The translations under genes were made by a program, and so were the position numbers. 64,000 bases of DNA. Origin: Minisyncoccota bacterium. Lineage in GTDB: Bacteria > Patescibacteriota > Minisyncoccia > UBA6257 > 02-FULL-45-10c. Under the pieces are notes generated by a model. That model did not search any database, was not told where the DNA came from, and saw nothing but the letters and a program-made list of their open reading frames with translations. The stretch lies in the NCBI GenBank assembly GCA_028716745.1, contig JAQUPE010000001.1, forward strand, positions 30,203 through 94,202, given 5' to 3'. Shown in pieces: positions 1 to 11,585 of the stretch (its first letter is position 1; each line of letters begins with the position of its first letter).

Positions 1-2
1 CA

Positions 3-812
3 AATAAAGTTTCTGAAAAATTAGCCAAAATAAGTTCTAATTATTATATTCCTCCGAAAAATGACTGGGGTTATTATATTAATAGTTGTGTTGGCGGCGG
101 TATTTCTTTGCCGACAAAAGAAAATATACTTCCGAGCGCCTACAAGGCTTATTCTATATTTCAAGATAGTAAGACAACTGCGATTGCTACTATAAATGCT
201 ATTGCCGGATCTTCCGCAACAGCAATTGGAAATATTAAAAATTCACGATATCAGTGCGGTACAGATTGGGGTGGCGCGCCAAGGTATTGCAATTGTCCTA
301 ATAATTTTACTGTTTTGCCGTCCAGCAGCAGCTTGCAGCATACATATAGTATTAATTCTTGGGACAATCCGGGATCTGTTTCTTCTTCTAATACCGGCAA
401 TTCATTTATAGATGTTAATGTCGACTATAACCAGGAATATGCTTACATTATAAAAGTTCCGGCCACTGATCGCGATGGTTATATAACTACCTATTCAGAT
501 CCTATTACTGGAGAAACCCCAAATGTTCCTCCTGCGCCTCCGGCTTTGCCTTCCTGCAGTTTTTCTGCCGATCCATCAATGGTTCCGGCTCACTCAGCTT
601 CCAAAATCACTTGGTCTTGCCAAGAATCCAATACTTGCGATTTATATGAAGGCACAAGCAAAGTAGATTCCGGAATAAGCGGCGATTATACGGCAAACAT
701 AGGAACTACTTCTAAAATATATAAGCTTTCTTGTTCGGGAAACGGGGGATTAAAAGATTTTTCTCTTACAATAAAGGTTTCTTCTATCCAATATAAAGAA
801 GTAGCGCCGTAA
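3..812 (+). CDS. secreted Cys-rich Fn3/Ig-like surface protein, 5' partial (paralog of 2684..4441)
   Basis: Reading frame is open back to the window start. C-terminal ~260 aa align with the C-terminus of the 585-aa protein (shared YxCGTDWxG..KYCNCP, VPATDRxGxTTTYSDPIT, SCxFSAxPxxVPAHSxSKIxWxCQxSxxCxLYEGTS, C-terminal YxEVAP). Confidence 0.6.
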   Translation, partial: NKVSEKLAKISSNYYIPPKNDWGYYINSCVGGGISLPTKENILPSAYKAYSIFQDSKTTAIATINAIAGSSATAIGNIKNSRYQCGTDWGGAPRYCNCPNNFTVLPSSSSLQHTYSINSWDNPGSVSSSNTGNSFIDVNVDYNQEYAYIIKVPATDRDGYITTYSDPITGETPNVPPAPPALPSCSFSADPSMVPAHSASKITWSCQESNTCDLYEGTSKVDSGISGDYTANIGTTSKIYKLSCSGNGGLKDFSLTIKVSSIQYKEVAP

Positions 813-832
813 ATTTTAATTAAAACAAAAAT

Positions 833-1408
833 ATGAAAAAGAAAATTATATTAATTATTGCGGTGTTAATCGTTGTTGTAATATTCGCGGCTTTGTACTG
901 CGTAACTCTTAGGGTAAAAGTTATTCCGGTGGAAGCTTCGGCGCTGGAATTAAATCCCGAAGTTATTCAGTTGGATAATTTTTCGGTTAATATTCCAAAG
1001 GGATGGGTAAAAGAGGATTCCGGTACCGATTTAATGATGATTAATCCGGTGGGAATAAAATTATCGGATAATGAAAGCGCTATAGAATATTTTTCGGTAA
1101 AAAAAGAGCAGTTGGCGGGAGTAGCTATAAATAAATATATCGAGAATTTCAAAAGTTTTTTGGACAGAGTAACCGTAAAAAGCGAATTTACGCATCCGGA
1201 AAATGGGGATTTTATAAATACTTTGCCGGCTTTTTACATTGAATCGGATACCGAGCTTAAGGGGATAAGCTTCAAGAAGCTTAATGTGATGATAGTCGAG
1301 GATGCCGGAAATATTTGGCAGTTAAATTACAGCGTTTCTGCAGAAAATTGGAGCAAATATAAAGCTGCTTACTATAAATCGGTTAGCCAGTTTGCATTAA
1401 AACAGTAG
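833..1408 (+). CDS. small N-terminally membrane-anchored protein (paralog of 4450..5100)
   Basis: N-terminal hydrophobic helix; shared NPVG..., FKKxNV..., NxWxLNY motifs with the 216-aa protein. Confidence 0.55.
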   Translation: MKKKIILIIAVLIVVVIFAALYCVTLRVKVIPVEASALELNPEVIQLDNFSVNIPKGWVKEDSGTDLMMINPVGIKLSDNESAIEYFSVKKEQLAGVAINKYIENFKSFLDRVTVKSEFTHPENGDFINTLPAFYIESDTELKGISFKKLNVMIVEDAGNIWQLNYSVSAENWSKYKAAYYKSVSQFALKQ

Positions 1409-1454
1409 GGTTTTTTGGGCGAAAACACGGCTCATTACCGTGTTTTTGTTTACC

Positions 1455-1483
1455 TTGACTTTTCCTCTAAAATGTGCTATATT
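1455..1483 (+). promoter_or_regulatory. sigma70-like promoter TTGACT-N17-TATATT
   Basis: ttgact(1455-1460) + 17-nt spacer + tatatt(1478-1483), ~70 nt upstream of the 1556 ATG. Confidence 0.45.
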
Positions 1484-1555
1484 AAAAGTAGTAAAAATAA
1501 GCTTTTTTGACATAAGAAGTAATATAAGCTGAAAAATCTTGAAGGAGGCGTAGCC

Positions 1556-2602
1556 ATGAAGAAAATCTTTTTGGCAGTCGCAGTCGTTTCAATGGTCTAC
1601 GGATTGGCTATCGCCGACGGAATGGAAAACATTTCCGGCATAGAACAGTCCAGCCAGGTTGTTGTCGATACCGCCGCTACGGCAGGTGTCGGCATCAGCT
1701 CACCGGCAGTTTCTGGAGTTGAGAAATCGACTTCCACGGAACTGGATGGTCGCAGACAGAGAAGGCTGGAAAGAATCCAGCTGGAAGAGTCTGAGACGAA
1801 ATCCGGACACAGGTGGCAGGTTTCTGTTTCCAAGGAATCCGATTATGGATTTGGGAAAACTAACCTGGAATCACTGGATCATTTTGTGCAGATTATCAAC
1901 AATAGTTTAGTTACTGTTGATATTCCTTTCATTAATTTTCACTATGAATTTGAGGAGCACGATCCTGTTTTGTGTCCGCGCCTTAGAAACATCCAGACAG
2001 AGAACCGAAAGTTGGCGATTGGATGGAGAAATGGAGTTGTAGAAATTGGAGTGTCTGCTGGCCAGTGGTCTGCAAATACTGATGGCTTTCATCAGGATTT
2101 TTACGGACACATTGGAAATCCAGCAGTAATATTTTTTACAACCACCGTTGATATGTCGCCGATTTACGTCTCTGTAACATCTACCATGCTTGATTTAAAA
2201 TTCAACCTTAACGCTCCCAGTAATGACAAGAGGCGGACATGGTGTCCGTTTATTGACCTGCAGGCGGGGACGTTAAAGCTTGATATTTCGGGCAAGGTAA
2301 AGTTCTGGGGAGATGAGTACACGAGCTCAAATCCAGATTATCCTTATCAGGGATATCCTATTATTCCGGTGCAGTACGAATTCAGCTCTGGCGATCCGGT
2401 TATAGCAGGAAAGGTTACGCTGGGGATGGAAGCAAGAATTATTTGCGGCTTGAAAGTCGGCGCAAATATCAGCTTCCGCAGCGGAAACGCCTATTACTGG
2501 CTGACGCGTACCGGAGACGACGGAAAGGTTGTAAGGAAGAAGATAGAAAAGGGGCTCGAGGATGGGGCGGTTGTTTCAACCTCCATTTCTTACGAGTTCT
2601 AG
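1556..2602 (+). CDS. secreted beta-rich protein with signal peptide and C-terminal Phe (OMP-like signature), higher G+C
   Basis: MKKIFLAVAVVSMVYGLAIADG signal peptide; ends ...SISYEF; strong SD ggaggcgtagccATG; G+C visibly higher than flanks. Confidence 0.5.
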   Translation: MKKIFLAVAVVSMVYGLAIADGMENISGIEQSSQVVVDTAATAGVGISSPAVSGVEKSTSTELDGRRQRRLERIQLEESETKSGHRWQVSVSKESDYGFGKTNLESLDHFVQIINNSLVTVDIPFINFHYEFEEHDPVLCPRLRNIQTENRKLAIGWRNGVVEIGVSAGQWSANTDGFHQDFYGHIGNPAVIFFTTTVDMSPIYVSVTSTMLDLKFNLNAPSNDKRRTWCPFIDLQAGTLKLDISGKVKFWGDEYTSSNPDYPYQGYPIIPVQYEFSSGDPVIAGKVTLGMEARIICGLKVGANISFRSGNAYYWLTRTGDDGKVVRKKIEKGLEDGAVVSTSISYEF

Positions 2603-2614
2603 ATCGTATCATTG

Positions 2615-2656
2615 CCGCCAGGCGCATGAAGTTATGCACCTGGCGGATTTTTTTAT
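2615..2656 (+). terminator. rho-independent terminator
   Basis: 12-bp stem ccgccaggcgcat/atgcacctggcgg (1 mismatch) followed by a T-run. Confidence 0.6.
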
Positions 2657-2683
2657 ATTTATAATCCTGATATAATTAGTTTA

Positions 2684-4441
2684 ATGAAAAAATCTTTGAT
2701 TTTAGTTGGTTCGTTTATTTGTTTGGTGGGAATATTTGGTTTTTCAAAATCGGCTAATGCCTGGTTTTGCTGGCCCAGTCCTGTTGATGATTGTAATGTT
2801 CAGTGTAGGAATCTTGCTCCAAATAGCGACTTGAATGTTTATACTATTAACGCGGATTGGGTTGGAACAAGAGGTCATACAGATGGCAGAGGAGAGGGCG
2901 TGGTTAGTATGAGGGGTTTGGCAACAGAGACTTATTTTATTAAAGACTCGGCGGGTAATGTTGATACATTGGCAAAAGTTACTGGAAGCGGACATTGCGC
3001 TAATGTTCCTCCATATGTTACTTCTTCGATTGCTTTATATAGCGCTCCTCCTAAATATCCTTTGCCGGCAGGCGGAGTAGTCCAGGGTTCCGCTGTTTAC
3101 TATGTTGCAAAAGTACAAAGTGTTTTAGGTAATTGGATTTCTGGTGGTATAAATTTTAATTTTTCTTCTACAATTTCTGAGTATGCTCGTAATTATGAGG
3201 TGGTAGATGACCGTACTCATGGCCATGAAAGCAATGCTTGTTTTAGTTGTGGAAATAATATTAGCTGGCCAAGTTGTGCCGAAGAATTTGGCGCCGATTA
3301 TACCGAAATAGATCGTAAAGAATTTGGCGGTTTTTGTCATTGTGAAAAGAGAATAACTTGCCGCAAAAGTCAGGGTTTTCAAGATATGGCTATTTCCGGT
3401 TATACAAATGCAATGATAAATACGCCAGGTAATATTTTCACCGGAACAATTTCTGCTACTGATAGCGCTGGCAATACGACCACATCAAGTGCTACCACCC
3501 CGGTTATTCCTCCTCCACAAGAAATTAAAGCCACGGGAACGGCTAGCTGTAGCTGCTCCAATGGAGTTTTAACGACGTCTTTGAATGTAAGCGGAACCCA
3601 AGGGGTTGAGTATGCAATTTTAAGATCGGATAAAGTTGTTGATAATTTAGCGGAAAGGACAAGTAATTATTATATTCCGGGAAATGGCTGGTGGGGGCCG
3701 ATAAGCAGCTGTGTAAATGGAGTTGTTAAAACTTTGCTTCCAATTGAAAATGGATTGCCTTCCGGGTATCAGACATATTCAATATTTAAGGATGGCGCAG
3801 TAATGCCTGGTCTTAGTGGATTATCTAGTGCTTGGAATATACCCATAGGAACAGGTACTAACCAAAAATATTGCTGTGGCACAGATTGGTTTGGTAATTG
3901 CAATAAATATTGCAATTGTCCTTCTTATACAACATTGCCATCAAGCTCTAATAATAAACACAAATATTCAGCGGTGAGCTGGGGGAGCCCAACGACAGTT
4001 TTGCCTTCGCATGTTGGAGATGGAAACGCTTATGGTGATCAAGGATTAACCCCGGAGACTGGCTATGTTTATCTTGTCCGAGTTCCGGCGACAGACAGAG
4101 AAGGTTTTACAACTACTTATTCAGATCCAATAACAGTAACAACTCCGGCATGCGTTGCGCCGGTGGTAGTCCCTCTTCCTTCTTGCGCTTTTTCTGCTAG
4201 TCCGACCACTGTTCCTGCGCACTCAATTTCCAAAATATCTTGGGATTGTCAGAATTCTATAAATTGCAGTTTATATGAAGGCACGAGCGTCGTTGCTTCA
4301 GGCATAAAGAAGGATTATACGGCAAATATAGGAACCGATGATAAAACATATAAACTTTCTTGTACGGGCGATGGAGGGTCAAAAGATTTTACTCTTAGTG
4401 TAAAAGTTTCTTCTGTCCAATATCAGGAAGTGGCGCCATAA
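2684..4441 (+). CDS. secreted Cys-rich protein with C-terminal Fn3-like and Ig/PKD-like domains
   Basis: Signal peptide MKKSLILVGSFICLVGIFGFSKSANA; many Cys; YVYLVRVPATDREGFTTTYSDPITV resembles an Fn3 domain; paralog of 3..812. Confidence 0.6.
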   Translation: MKKSLILVGSFICLVGIFGFSKSANAWFCWPSPVDDCNVQCRNLAPNSDLNVYTINADWVGTRGHTDGRGEGVVSMRGLATETYFIKDSAGNVDTLAKVTGSGHCANVPPYVTSSIALYSAPPKYPLPAGGVVQGSAVYYVAKVQSVLGNWISGGINFNFSSTISEYARNYEVVDDRTHGHESNACFSCGNNISWPSCAEEFGADYTEIDRKEFGGFCHCEKRITCRKSQGFQDMAISGYTNAMINTPGNIFTGTISATDSAGNTTTSSATTPVIPPPQEIKATGTASCSCSNGVLTTSLNVSGTQGVEYAILRSDKVVDNLAERTSNYYIPGNGWWGPISSCVNGVVKTLLPIENGLPSGYQTYSIFKDGAVMPGLSGLSSAWNIPIGTGTNQKYCCGTDWFGNCNKYCNCPSYTTLPSSSNNKHKYSAVSWGSPTTVLPSHVGDGNAYGDQGLTPETGYVYLVRVPATDREGFTTTYSDPITVTTPACVAPVVVPLPSCAFSASPTTVPAHSISKISWDCQNSINCSLYEGTSVVASGIKKDYTANIGTDDKTYKLSCTGDGGSKDFTLSVKVSSVQYQEVAP

Positions 4442-4449
4442 ATAAATAT

Positions 4450-5100
4450 ATGAAAAAATCAAGAAAAATTTTAGTAATTGTTACCATGGTTGTCTTTATC
4501 GCTTCAATTGCGGCTTCGGCTTATTCTGTTTATTTATCCCGTTCAAATAATAAAGCAGTGGAAGGATCGCACCCAATTTTATTGTCCAATGCTTCTGTTC
4601 CGCAAAAAATAGCAAACTTAATACAGATTGATAAAAATATTTTTTCACTTAAAATCCCGGAAGGTTGGGAAGATCAAAGCCCGGCCAATACGGATTTTTT
4701 CCAGTTTTTAAATCCAGTCGGCGTGGTTAAGCCCGATTTAACCGGAGAAATAATAGAATTCGTTTCTGTTAATAAGGAAAGCCTTGGAGGAAAGAAGCCC
4801 AGCGTCTATGTAAGCGAATTTAAAAAGCTTCTTGATTCAAGGTATCCGCAAAGCAAGTTTGTATATTCGGAAGATAAAATATTTATAGGCGATCGTCCTG
4901 CTACATATATTGAAACAGACAATGTTATTGAAGGGATGAATTTTAAAAAGTTTAATGTGCTTATAGATGGCGGAAACAACAAAGACATCTGGGTTTTGAA
5001 TTATAATGTTTGGGCGGATAACTGGAATTTAAATAAAGATATCATTTATCAATCCGCAGCGTCATTTACGGATAAAACAAGCTCTACCACGGCTCAATAA
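4450..5100 (+). CDS. small membrane-anchored protein (paralog of 833..1408)
   Basis: N-terminal transmembrane segment; homology to the 191-aa protein. Confidence 0.55.
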   Translation: MKKSRKILVIVTMVVFIASIAASAYSVYLSRSNNKAVEGSHPILLSNASVPQKIANLIQIDKNIFSLKIPEGWEDQSPANTDFFQFLNPVGVVKPDLTGEIIEFVSVNKESLGGKKPSVYVSEFKKLLDSRYPQSKFVYSEDKIFIGDRPATYIETDNVIEGMNFKKFNVLIDGGNNKDIWVLNYNVWADNWNLNKDIIYQSAASFTDKTSSTTAQ

Positions 5101-5104
5101 TTTT

Positions 5105-5137
5105 AAAAAGCTCCGCAATGCGGAGCTTTTTATTTTT
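5105..5137 (+). terminator. rho-independent terminator (gctccgc-aat-gcggagc + T-run)
   Basis: hairpin plus TTTTTATTTTT. Confidence 0.65.
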
Positions 5138-5269
5138 GATTGACTAAAAGCCTTATTTTAGGTATTTTGTTTTCAGTATTATTGATAAAAGAAAATAAGA
5201 AAATTTTACAAAAGAGGAGGTGGATTGCTGGGAGCAGCGCGGGAAATTTAAAATTAAAAGGAGAAAGAT

Positions 5270-5995
5270 ATGAAAGTCAGAATTTTTCTGTTGTTGGCGG
5301 TAATGGTGTTGATTCTCTCGGCGTGCGGAACGTTCAAGTCTGAGTTGGTAAGGTATCAATATGTCCCTTACAACCAGAGTGAGCTGAAGCAGACCAAAGA
5401 AAACGTCACGCTGGAAAAAATCGATTCCAAAACCACGCCGGAGCATTTCTATTTTAGCGCTCCCAAGCGTGATGCCTATGGTCGGGCGCAAGTGGATAGC
5501 AACGGCCGGGCCATCATAACTCGCGGATGCGTTCGTCTAAAGGGACAGATCTGGGAACAATTCATAATAACCAACAACACCAACCGCGTTTTACGTTTAG
5601 GGAAGGTCTCTGTGAGATTGATTGATCCGGCGGGTAATCAGTATTACCCATTGACCAGGCAGGATTTAATTACTGCTACGATGCAGGTCTATGGAATTTC
5701 TTTAAACGAAGTAAACACGCCGTTCAATTTTGTGAAAGTGATAGATAACTTAACGGAAGTTTTGCCGAACATGTCTTTTACCGGCTGGCTTGTTTTTTAT
5801 GCGCCAACCTCGGAAATGCCTGGAGTTTGGAAAATAGGCATTTATGACATGCCGGTGAAAACCGAAGAGTCCGGGGAGGTAAAAAAAGTAGCCTTTTTCG
5901 AATTCAATACAGTTCTCAAAAAATTTGTTGATATTTACGAACAGAGCGGAATGTTCGGTAAATCAACTTTGGTTGAGACGAAAGAGGTGAAATAG
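5270..5995 (+). CDS. lipoprotein, hypothetical (higher G+C)
   Basis: MKVRIFLLLAVMVLILSAC lipobox; SD aaaaggag; composition richer in G+C than neighbours. Confidence 0.5.
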   Translation: MKVRIFLLLAVMVLILSACGTFKSELVRYQYVPYNQSELKQTKENVTLEKIDSKTTPEHFYFSAPKRDAYGRAQVDSNGRAIITRGCVRLKGQIWEQFIITNNTNRVLRLGKVSVRLIDPAGNQYYPLTRQDLITATMQVYGISLNEVNTPFNFVKVIDNLTEVLPNMSFTGWLVFYAPTSEMPGVWKIGIYDMPVKTEESGEVKKVAFFEFNTVLKKFVDIYEQSGMFGKSTLVETKEVK

Positions 5996-6102
5996 ATCGA
6001 TTTGAACTAAGGAGATGAAACGGGTCGATAAAGCAATTGCGGGGAACGACGAGTAGTCGTTCCTTTTTTATTTTTATCGGTTTTTTTGATATAATTTAGA
6101 TA

Positions 6103-6489
6103 ATGAAACTTGGTAAAAACAGCGGACAGGCGATGTTGCTTACGGTTTTAATAATGACGGGAACTGTCATAGGCGCTACTGCTATAGCGGGCTATTTAAT
6201 GCTTTCACAGGTAAGGCAGGCGACGGATGTCGTCAATTCTTCCAAGGCTATATTTGCGGCGGATACGGGAATGGAATGGGCTTTTTATAATTTTTTTCAA
6301 TTAGATAATCAGGTTTGTCCCGGAGGCGCAAAAGACTATTTGTCGGAAAGAGAAAATGGCACGGATATAATGGAAAATGGATCATCTTTTACGGCTTCCT
6401 GTTCTTCTACTTCGGAACTCACAACTCTTAAATCCATTGGTGATTCCTACGATACTTATCGTGCTCTTGAGGCCTACATCGCTTATTAG
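6103..6489 (+). CDS. small N-terminally anchored protein, hypothetical
   Basis: ORF with N-terminal hydrophobic helix; TGaTATAAT extended -10 at 6087-6095 immediately upstream (possibly leaderless). Confidence 0.4.
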   Translation: MKLGKNSGQAMLLTVLIMTGTVIGATAIAGYLMLSQVRQATDVVNSSKAIFAADTGMEWAFYNFFQLDNQVCPGGAKDYLSERENGTDIMENGSSFTASCSSTSELTTLKSIGDSYDTYRALEAYIAY

Positions 6490-6503
6490 CGCGTAAATAA
6501 TAA

Positions 6504-8543
<2,040 letters not shown>

Positions 8544-8547
8544 GACT

Positions 8548-8835
8548 ATGAGCGAGATTAATAAAAAAGAATTGGAACATTTGGCGGAATTGGCCAGGTT
8601 GGAATTGCCGGAAAAACAGGAGAAGAAATTTGTGGAGGATTTAGGGAAGATATTGGACTATTTTAAGGAATTGCAGGAGGTTAATACAGATAAAATAGAA
8701 CCGATGATTGGGGGGTTTGAATTAAATAGTATTTCAAGAGAAGATGTTGCGGGCCAAACTGATGATACCGGCAAGGGCTCGGATTCTTTTCCTGATCAAA
8801 AGGACGGATTTTTAAAGGTTCCGCCTGTTTTCTAA
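8548..8835 (+). CDS. gatC: Asp/Glu-tRNA amidotransferase subunit C
   Basis: 95 aa, LAELARLEL..FxEDLxxILxYF pattern, directly precedes gatA. Confidence 0.85.
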   Translation: MSEINKKELEHLAELARLELPEKQEKKFVEDLGKILDYFKELQEVNTDKIEPMIGGFELNSISREDVAGQTDDTGKGSDSFPDQKDGFLKVPPVF

Positions 8836-8836
8836 T

Positions 8837-10276
8837 ATGGATTTAAAAAATCTTACAATTAAAAATTTCCATAAAGGATTGCTGGATAAAGAGTTCTCCG
8901 CGCATGAAATAACGCAGGAGTTTTTTGATTATATAAAGAAGCAAGATAAGAAAATAGACGCCTATTTAAGCCTAAATGAAAAGATGGCTTTGGAGCAGGC
9001 CGAACAAGCGGATTTAAGAGTGGCTAAAAATGAAAATGTCGGAATGCTGGCTGGGGCGCCATTGGCGATAAAAGACAATATTTTAATAGAGGGACTGCCG
9101 GCAACTGCGGCTTCTAAAATTCTTGAAAATTATATTGCGAGTTATGATGCGACTGTTATCAAAAAATTAAAATCAGCCGGAGCGGTTTTTCTTGGGAAAA
9201 CCAATATGGATGAATTTGCCATGGGTTCTTCAACGGAGAGCTCGGCTTTCAAGATTACAAAAAATCCGCACGATTTAAAACGCGTTCCGGGTGGTTCGTC
9301 CGGCGGTTCTGCGGCAGCGGTTGCTGCCGACATGGCGGTCGCTGCGCTTGGTTCGGATACAGGCGGTTCAATCCGTCAGCCTGCGGCATTTTGCGGAGTG
9401 GTGGGGCTAAAGCCGACATATGGCGCCGTTTCGCGTTTTGGAGTGATGGCGATGGCTTCCAGCTTGGATCAAATCGGGCCATTCGCTAAAACAGTTGAAG
9501 ATGCGGCAATTTTATTTAAAGAAATTTCCGGCCAGGATAAGCTGGATTCTACAAGCGCAGATGTTAAGTATGGCGAGGAAATTTTAAATCCAAAATTGGA
9601 AAATATTAAAAAACTGACAGTAGGTATTCCGGAAGAATATTTTATAGACGGAATGGATAAAGAAGTTTCAAAGGCGGTTGAATCGGCCATTAAAGACATA
9701 GAAAGTTTGGGAATTAAAACTAAAAAAATTAGTTTGCCTCATACAAAATATGCCTTGTCGGATTATTACATTATTATGCCGGCGGAAGTCAGCGCAAATT
9801 TAGAAAGATTTGATGGAATAAGATATGGTTCGCGCGAGAAGGCAAAAGATTTAATCGAGCTTTATAAAAAGAACAGAAGCGCCGGGTTTGGAGATGAGGC
9901 TAAAAGAAGAATTATTTTAGGAGCGTTTGTTTTGTCTTCGGGATATTATGACGCTTATTATGCCAAGGCTCAAAAAGTCCGAAGTTTGATAAAACAGGAT
10001 TTTGAAAATGCGTTTAAACAGGTGGATGTTATTTTAACTCCGGTAACGCCGACGTCGGCTTTTAAAATCGGCGAAAAGACAAAAGACCCGCTTTCTATGT
10101 ATCTTTCCGATATTTTCACAATACCGGCTAATTTAGCGGGAGTGCCAGCAATTTCTATTCCGATTAGCGGCAAGAGGGAATTGCCGGTAGCTTTTCAATT
10201 AATGGGAAAACCCTGGAAAGAAGTTGATATTTTAGGAATAGGGCAGTATTATCAAAAAATAAATCCAAATGCCTGA
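8837..10276 (+). CDS. gatA: Asp/Glu-tRNA amidotransferase subunit A (amidase)
   Basis: Amidase signature GGSSGGSAAAVAA; 479 aa. Confidence 0.92.
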   Translation: MDLKNLTIKNFHKGLLDKEFSAHEITQEFFDYIKKQDKKIDAYLSLNEKMALEQAEQADLRVAKNENVGMLAGAPLAIKDNILIEGLPATAASKILENYIASYDATVIKKLKSAGAVFLGKTNMDEFAMGSSTESSAFKITKNPHDLKRVPGGSSGGSAAAVAADMAVAALGSDTGGSIRQPAAFCGVVGLKPTYGAVSRFGVMAMASSLDQIGPFAKTVEDAAILFKEISGQDKLDSTSADVKYGEEILNPKLENIKKLTVGIPEEYFIDGMDKEVSKAVESAIKDIESLGIKTKKISLPHTKYALSDYYIIMPAEVSANLERFDGIRYGSREKAKDLIELYKKNRSAGFGDEAKRRIILGAFVLSSGYYDAYYAKAQKVRSLIKQDFENAFKQVDVILTPVTPTSAFKIGEKTKDPLSMYLSDIFTIPANLAGVPAISIPISGKRELPVAFQLMGKPWKEVDILGIGQYYQKINPNA

Positions 10277-10823
10277 TTTTGTTTATAAAGGAATAGATTA
10301 TTTTGTTCAAAATCTTCTCAATATAAGGGCGATTTTTAGCGATGCCTTGGAAGGAAATTATTGGTGGCTGAAAATGCTATCGGTAATTTTGTCTTTAGCT
10401 TTTTTGGCTTTGATTATTTATATGGCCGGCAAAACGCGTTATTTAAATATGAAGATAGAAAATTATATGGATGTTGCCGGAAAGAAAAATTTGTCTAAAA
10501 GAAGGTCTTTAAAAGCTTGGGAGCAGGTTAAAAAGAGAGTGTCTTCGGCCGATCAGCAAAATTGGAAGCTAGCTATAATAGAAGCAGATAAAATTTTAAA
10601 CGAGGTTTTAAAAGTTTCCGGATATTTAGGCGATAATTTAGGTCCGAAATTAAATCTTTTAACAGTGGCTCAGTTGTCCAATTTAGAAGATATTAAAAGG
10701 GTCCATAAAATTAGAGATAGGGTCGCTACGGAACCGGACTTTGCAATGACTCAGCAAGAGGCGATAGATATTCTTAAGATTTATAAAAAATCGTTAGTGG
10801 AGCTGAATTTGTTGGAAGAATAA
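10269..10823 (+). CDS. hypothetical membrane protein
   Basis: ORF with one transmembrane segment; overlaps gatA stop. Confidence 0.4.
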   Translation: MPDFVYKGIDYFVQNLLNIRAIFSDALEGNYWWLKMLSVILSLAFLALIIYMAGKTRYLNMKIENYMDVAGKKNLSKRRSLKAWEQVKKRVSSADQQNWKLAIIEADKILNEVLKVSGYLGDNLGPKLNLLTVAQLSNLEDIKRVHKIRDRVATEPDFAMTQQEAIDILKIYKKSLVELNLLEE

Positions 10824-10871
10824 TAGGGAACACTTTTCAAATTTTTAGGAGTAGTGTAAATTTAAACCAAT

Positions 10872-10945
10872 GCGGTGGTAGCTTAGTGGTTTAAAGCGCC
10901 TCCCTGTCACGGAGGAGACCACGGGTTCAAATCCCGTTCACCGCG
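10872..10945 (+). tRNA. tRNA-Asp (GTC)
   Basis: Manual cloverleaf: acceptor gcggtgg/tcaccgc, D-stem gctt/aagc, anticodon stem cctcc/ggagg with loop ctGTCac, T-arm acggg-ttcaaat-cccgt. Confidence 0.8.
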
Positions 10946-10989
10946 CATCTAAAATCGCCTTATGGGCGGTTTTTTGGTAGAATAGAAAT

Positions 10990-11571
10990 ATGAAAAAGAT
11001 TATTTTGGCAGTAATTATATTTTTAGTAGTTGCCGTAGGGCTTGTTTTATATTTTATTAATAAGAATCAGCCCAGTGAATTCAAAGATTTTAAAAATATT
11101 ACATATATAATTGATGGCAAATCGGTTGCTTTAATTAATGGTTTGTCCGAAACAGAAGCAACACCTGGTTCTTCCTCAAAAACGGTCACTCGTTATTTTG
11201 GGAATCAAGTAAAACATGATTTTAATGACGATGGGCGCGAGGATGTGGCCTTTCTTTTAACGCAGGAAACCGGCGGCAGCGGCGTCTTTTTCTATGTTGT
11301 GGCGGCTTTAAATACTCCAACGGGCTATGTTGGTTCACACGCTTTTTTCTTGGGAGATCGTATTGCTCCGCAGACGACCGCGATAGACGAAGGATTAACA
11401 TCTAGGGGTACTAATAGGAAAAATGTCATTGTCGTTAATTATGCCGTTCGTTTGCCGGGCGAGCCGTTTACAACCAGGCCTTCATTAGGCAAAAGCGTAT
11501 GGCTTAAACTTGATCCAGCCACTATGCAGTTCGGAGAAGTAGCGCAGAATTTTGAGGGAGAGTCTAAATAA
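10990..11571 (+). CDS. hypothetical membrane-anchored protein
   Basis: ORF, N-terminal transmembrane segment. Confidence 0.4.
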   Translation: MKKIILAVIIFLVVAVGLVLYFINKNQPSEFKDFKNITYIIDGKSVALINGLSETEATPGSSSKTVTRYFGNQVKHDFNDDGREDVAFLLTQETGGSGVFFYVVAALNTPTGYVGSHAFFLGDRIAPQTTAIDEGLTSRGTNRKNVIVVNYAVRLPGEPFTTRPSLGKSVWLKLDPATMQFGEVAQNFEGESK

Positions 11572-11585
11572 AATCTAATATCTTT

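Noticed and set aside
2443-2664. 73-aa plus-strand ORF overlapping the end of 1556..2602
   Set aside because: Out-of-frame overlap with the well-supported upstream gene; runs through the terminator hairpin; Arg-rich translation typical of a G+C-rich alternate frame.
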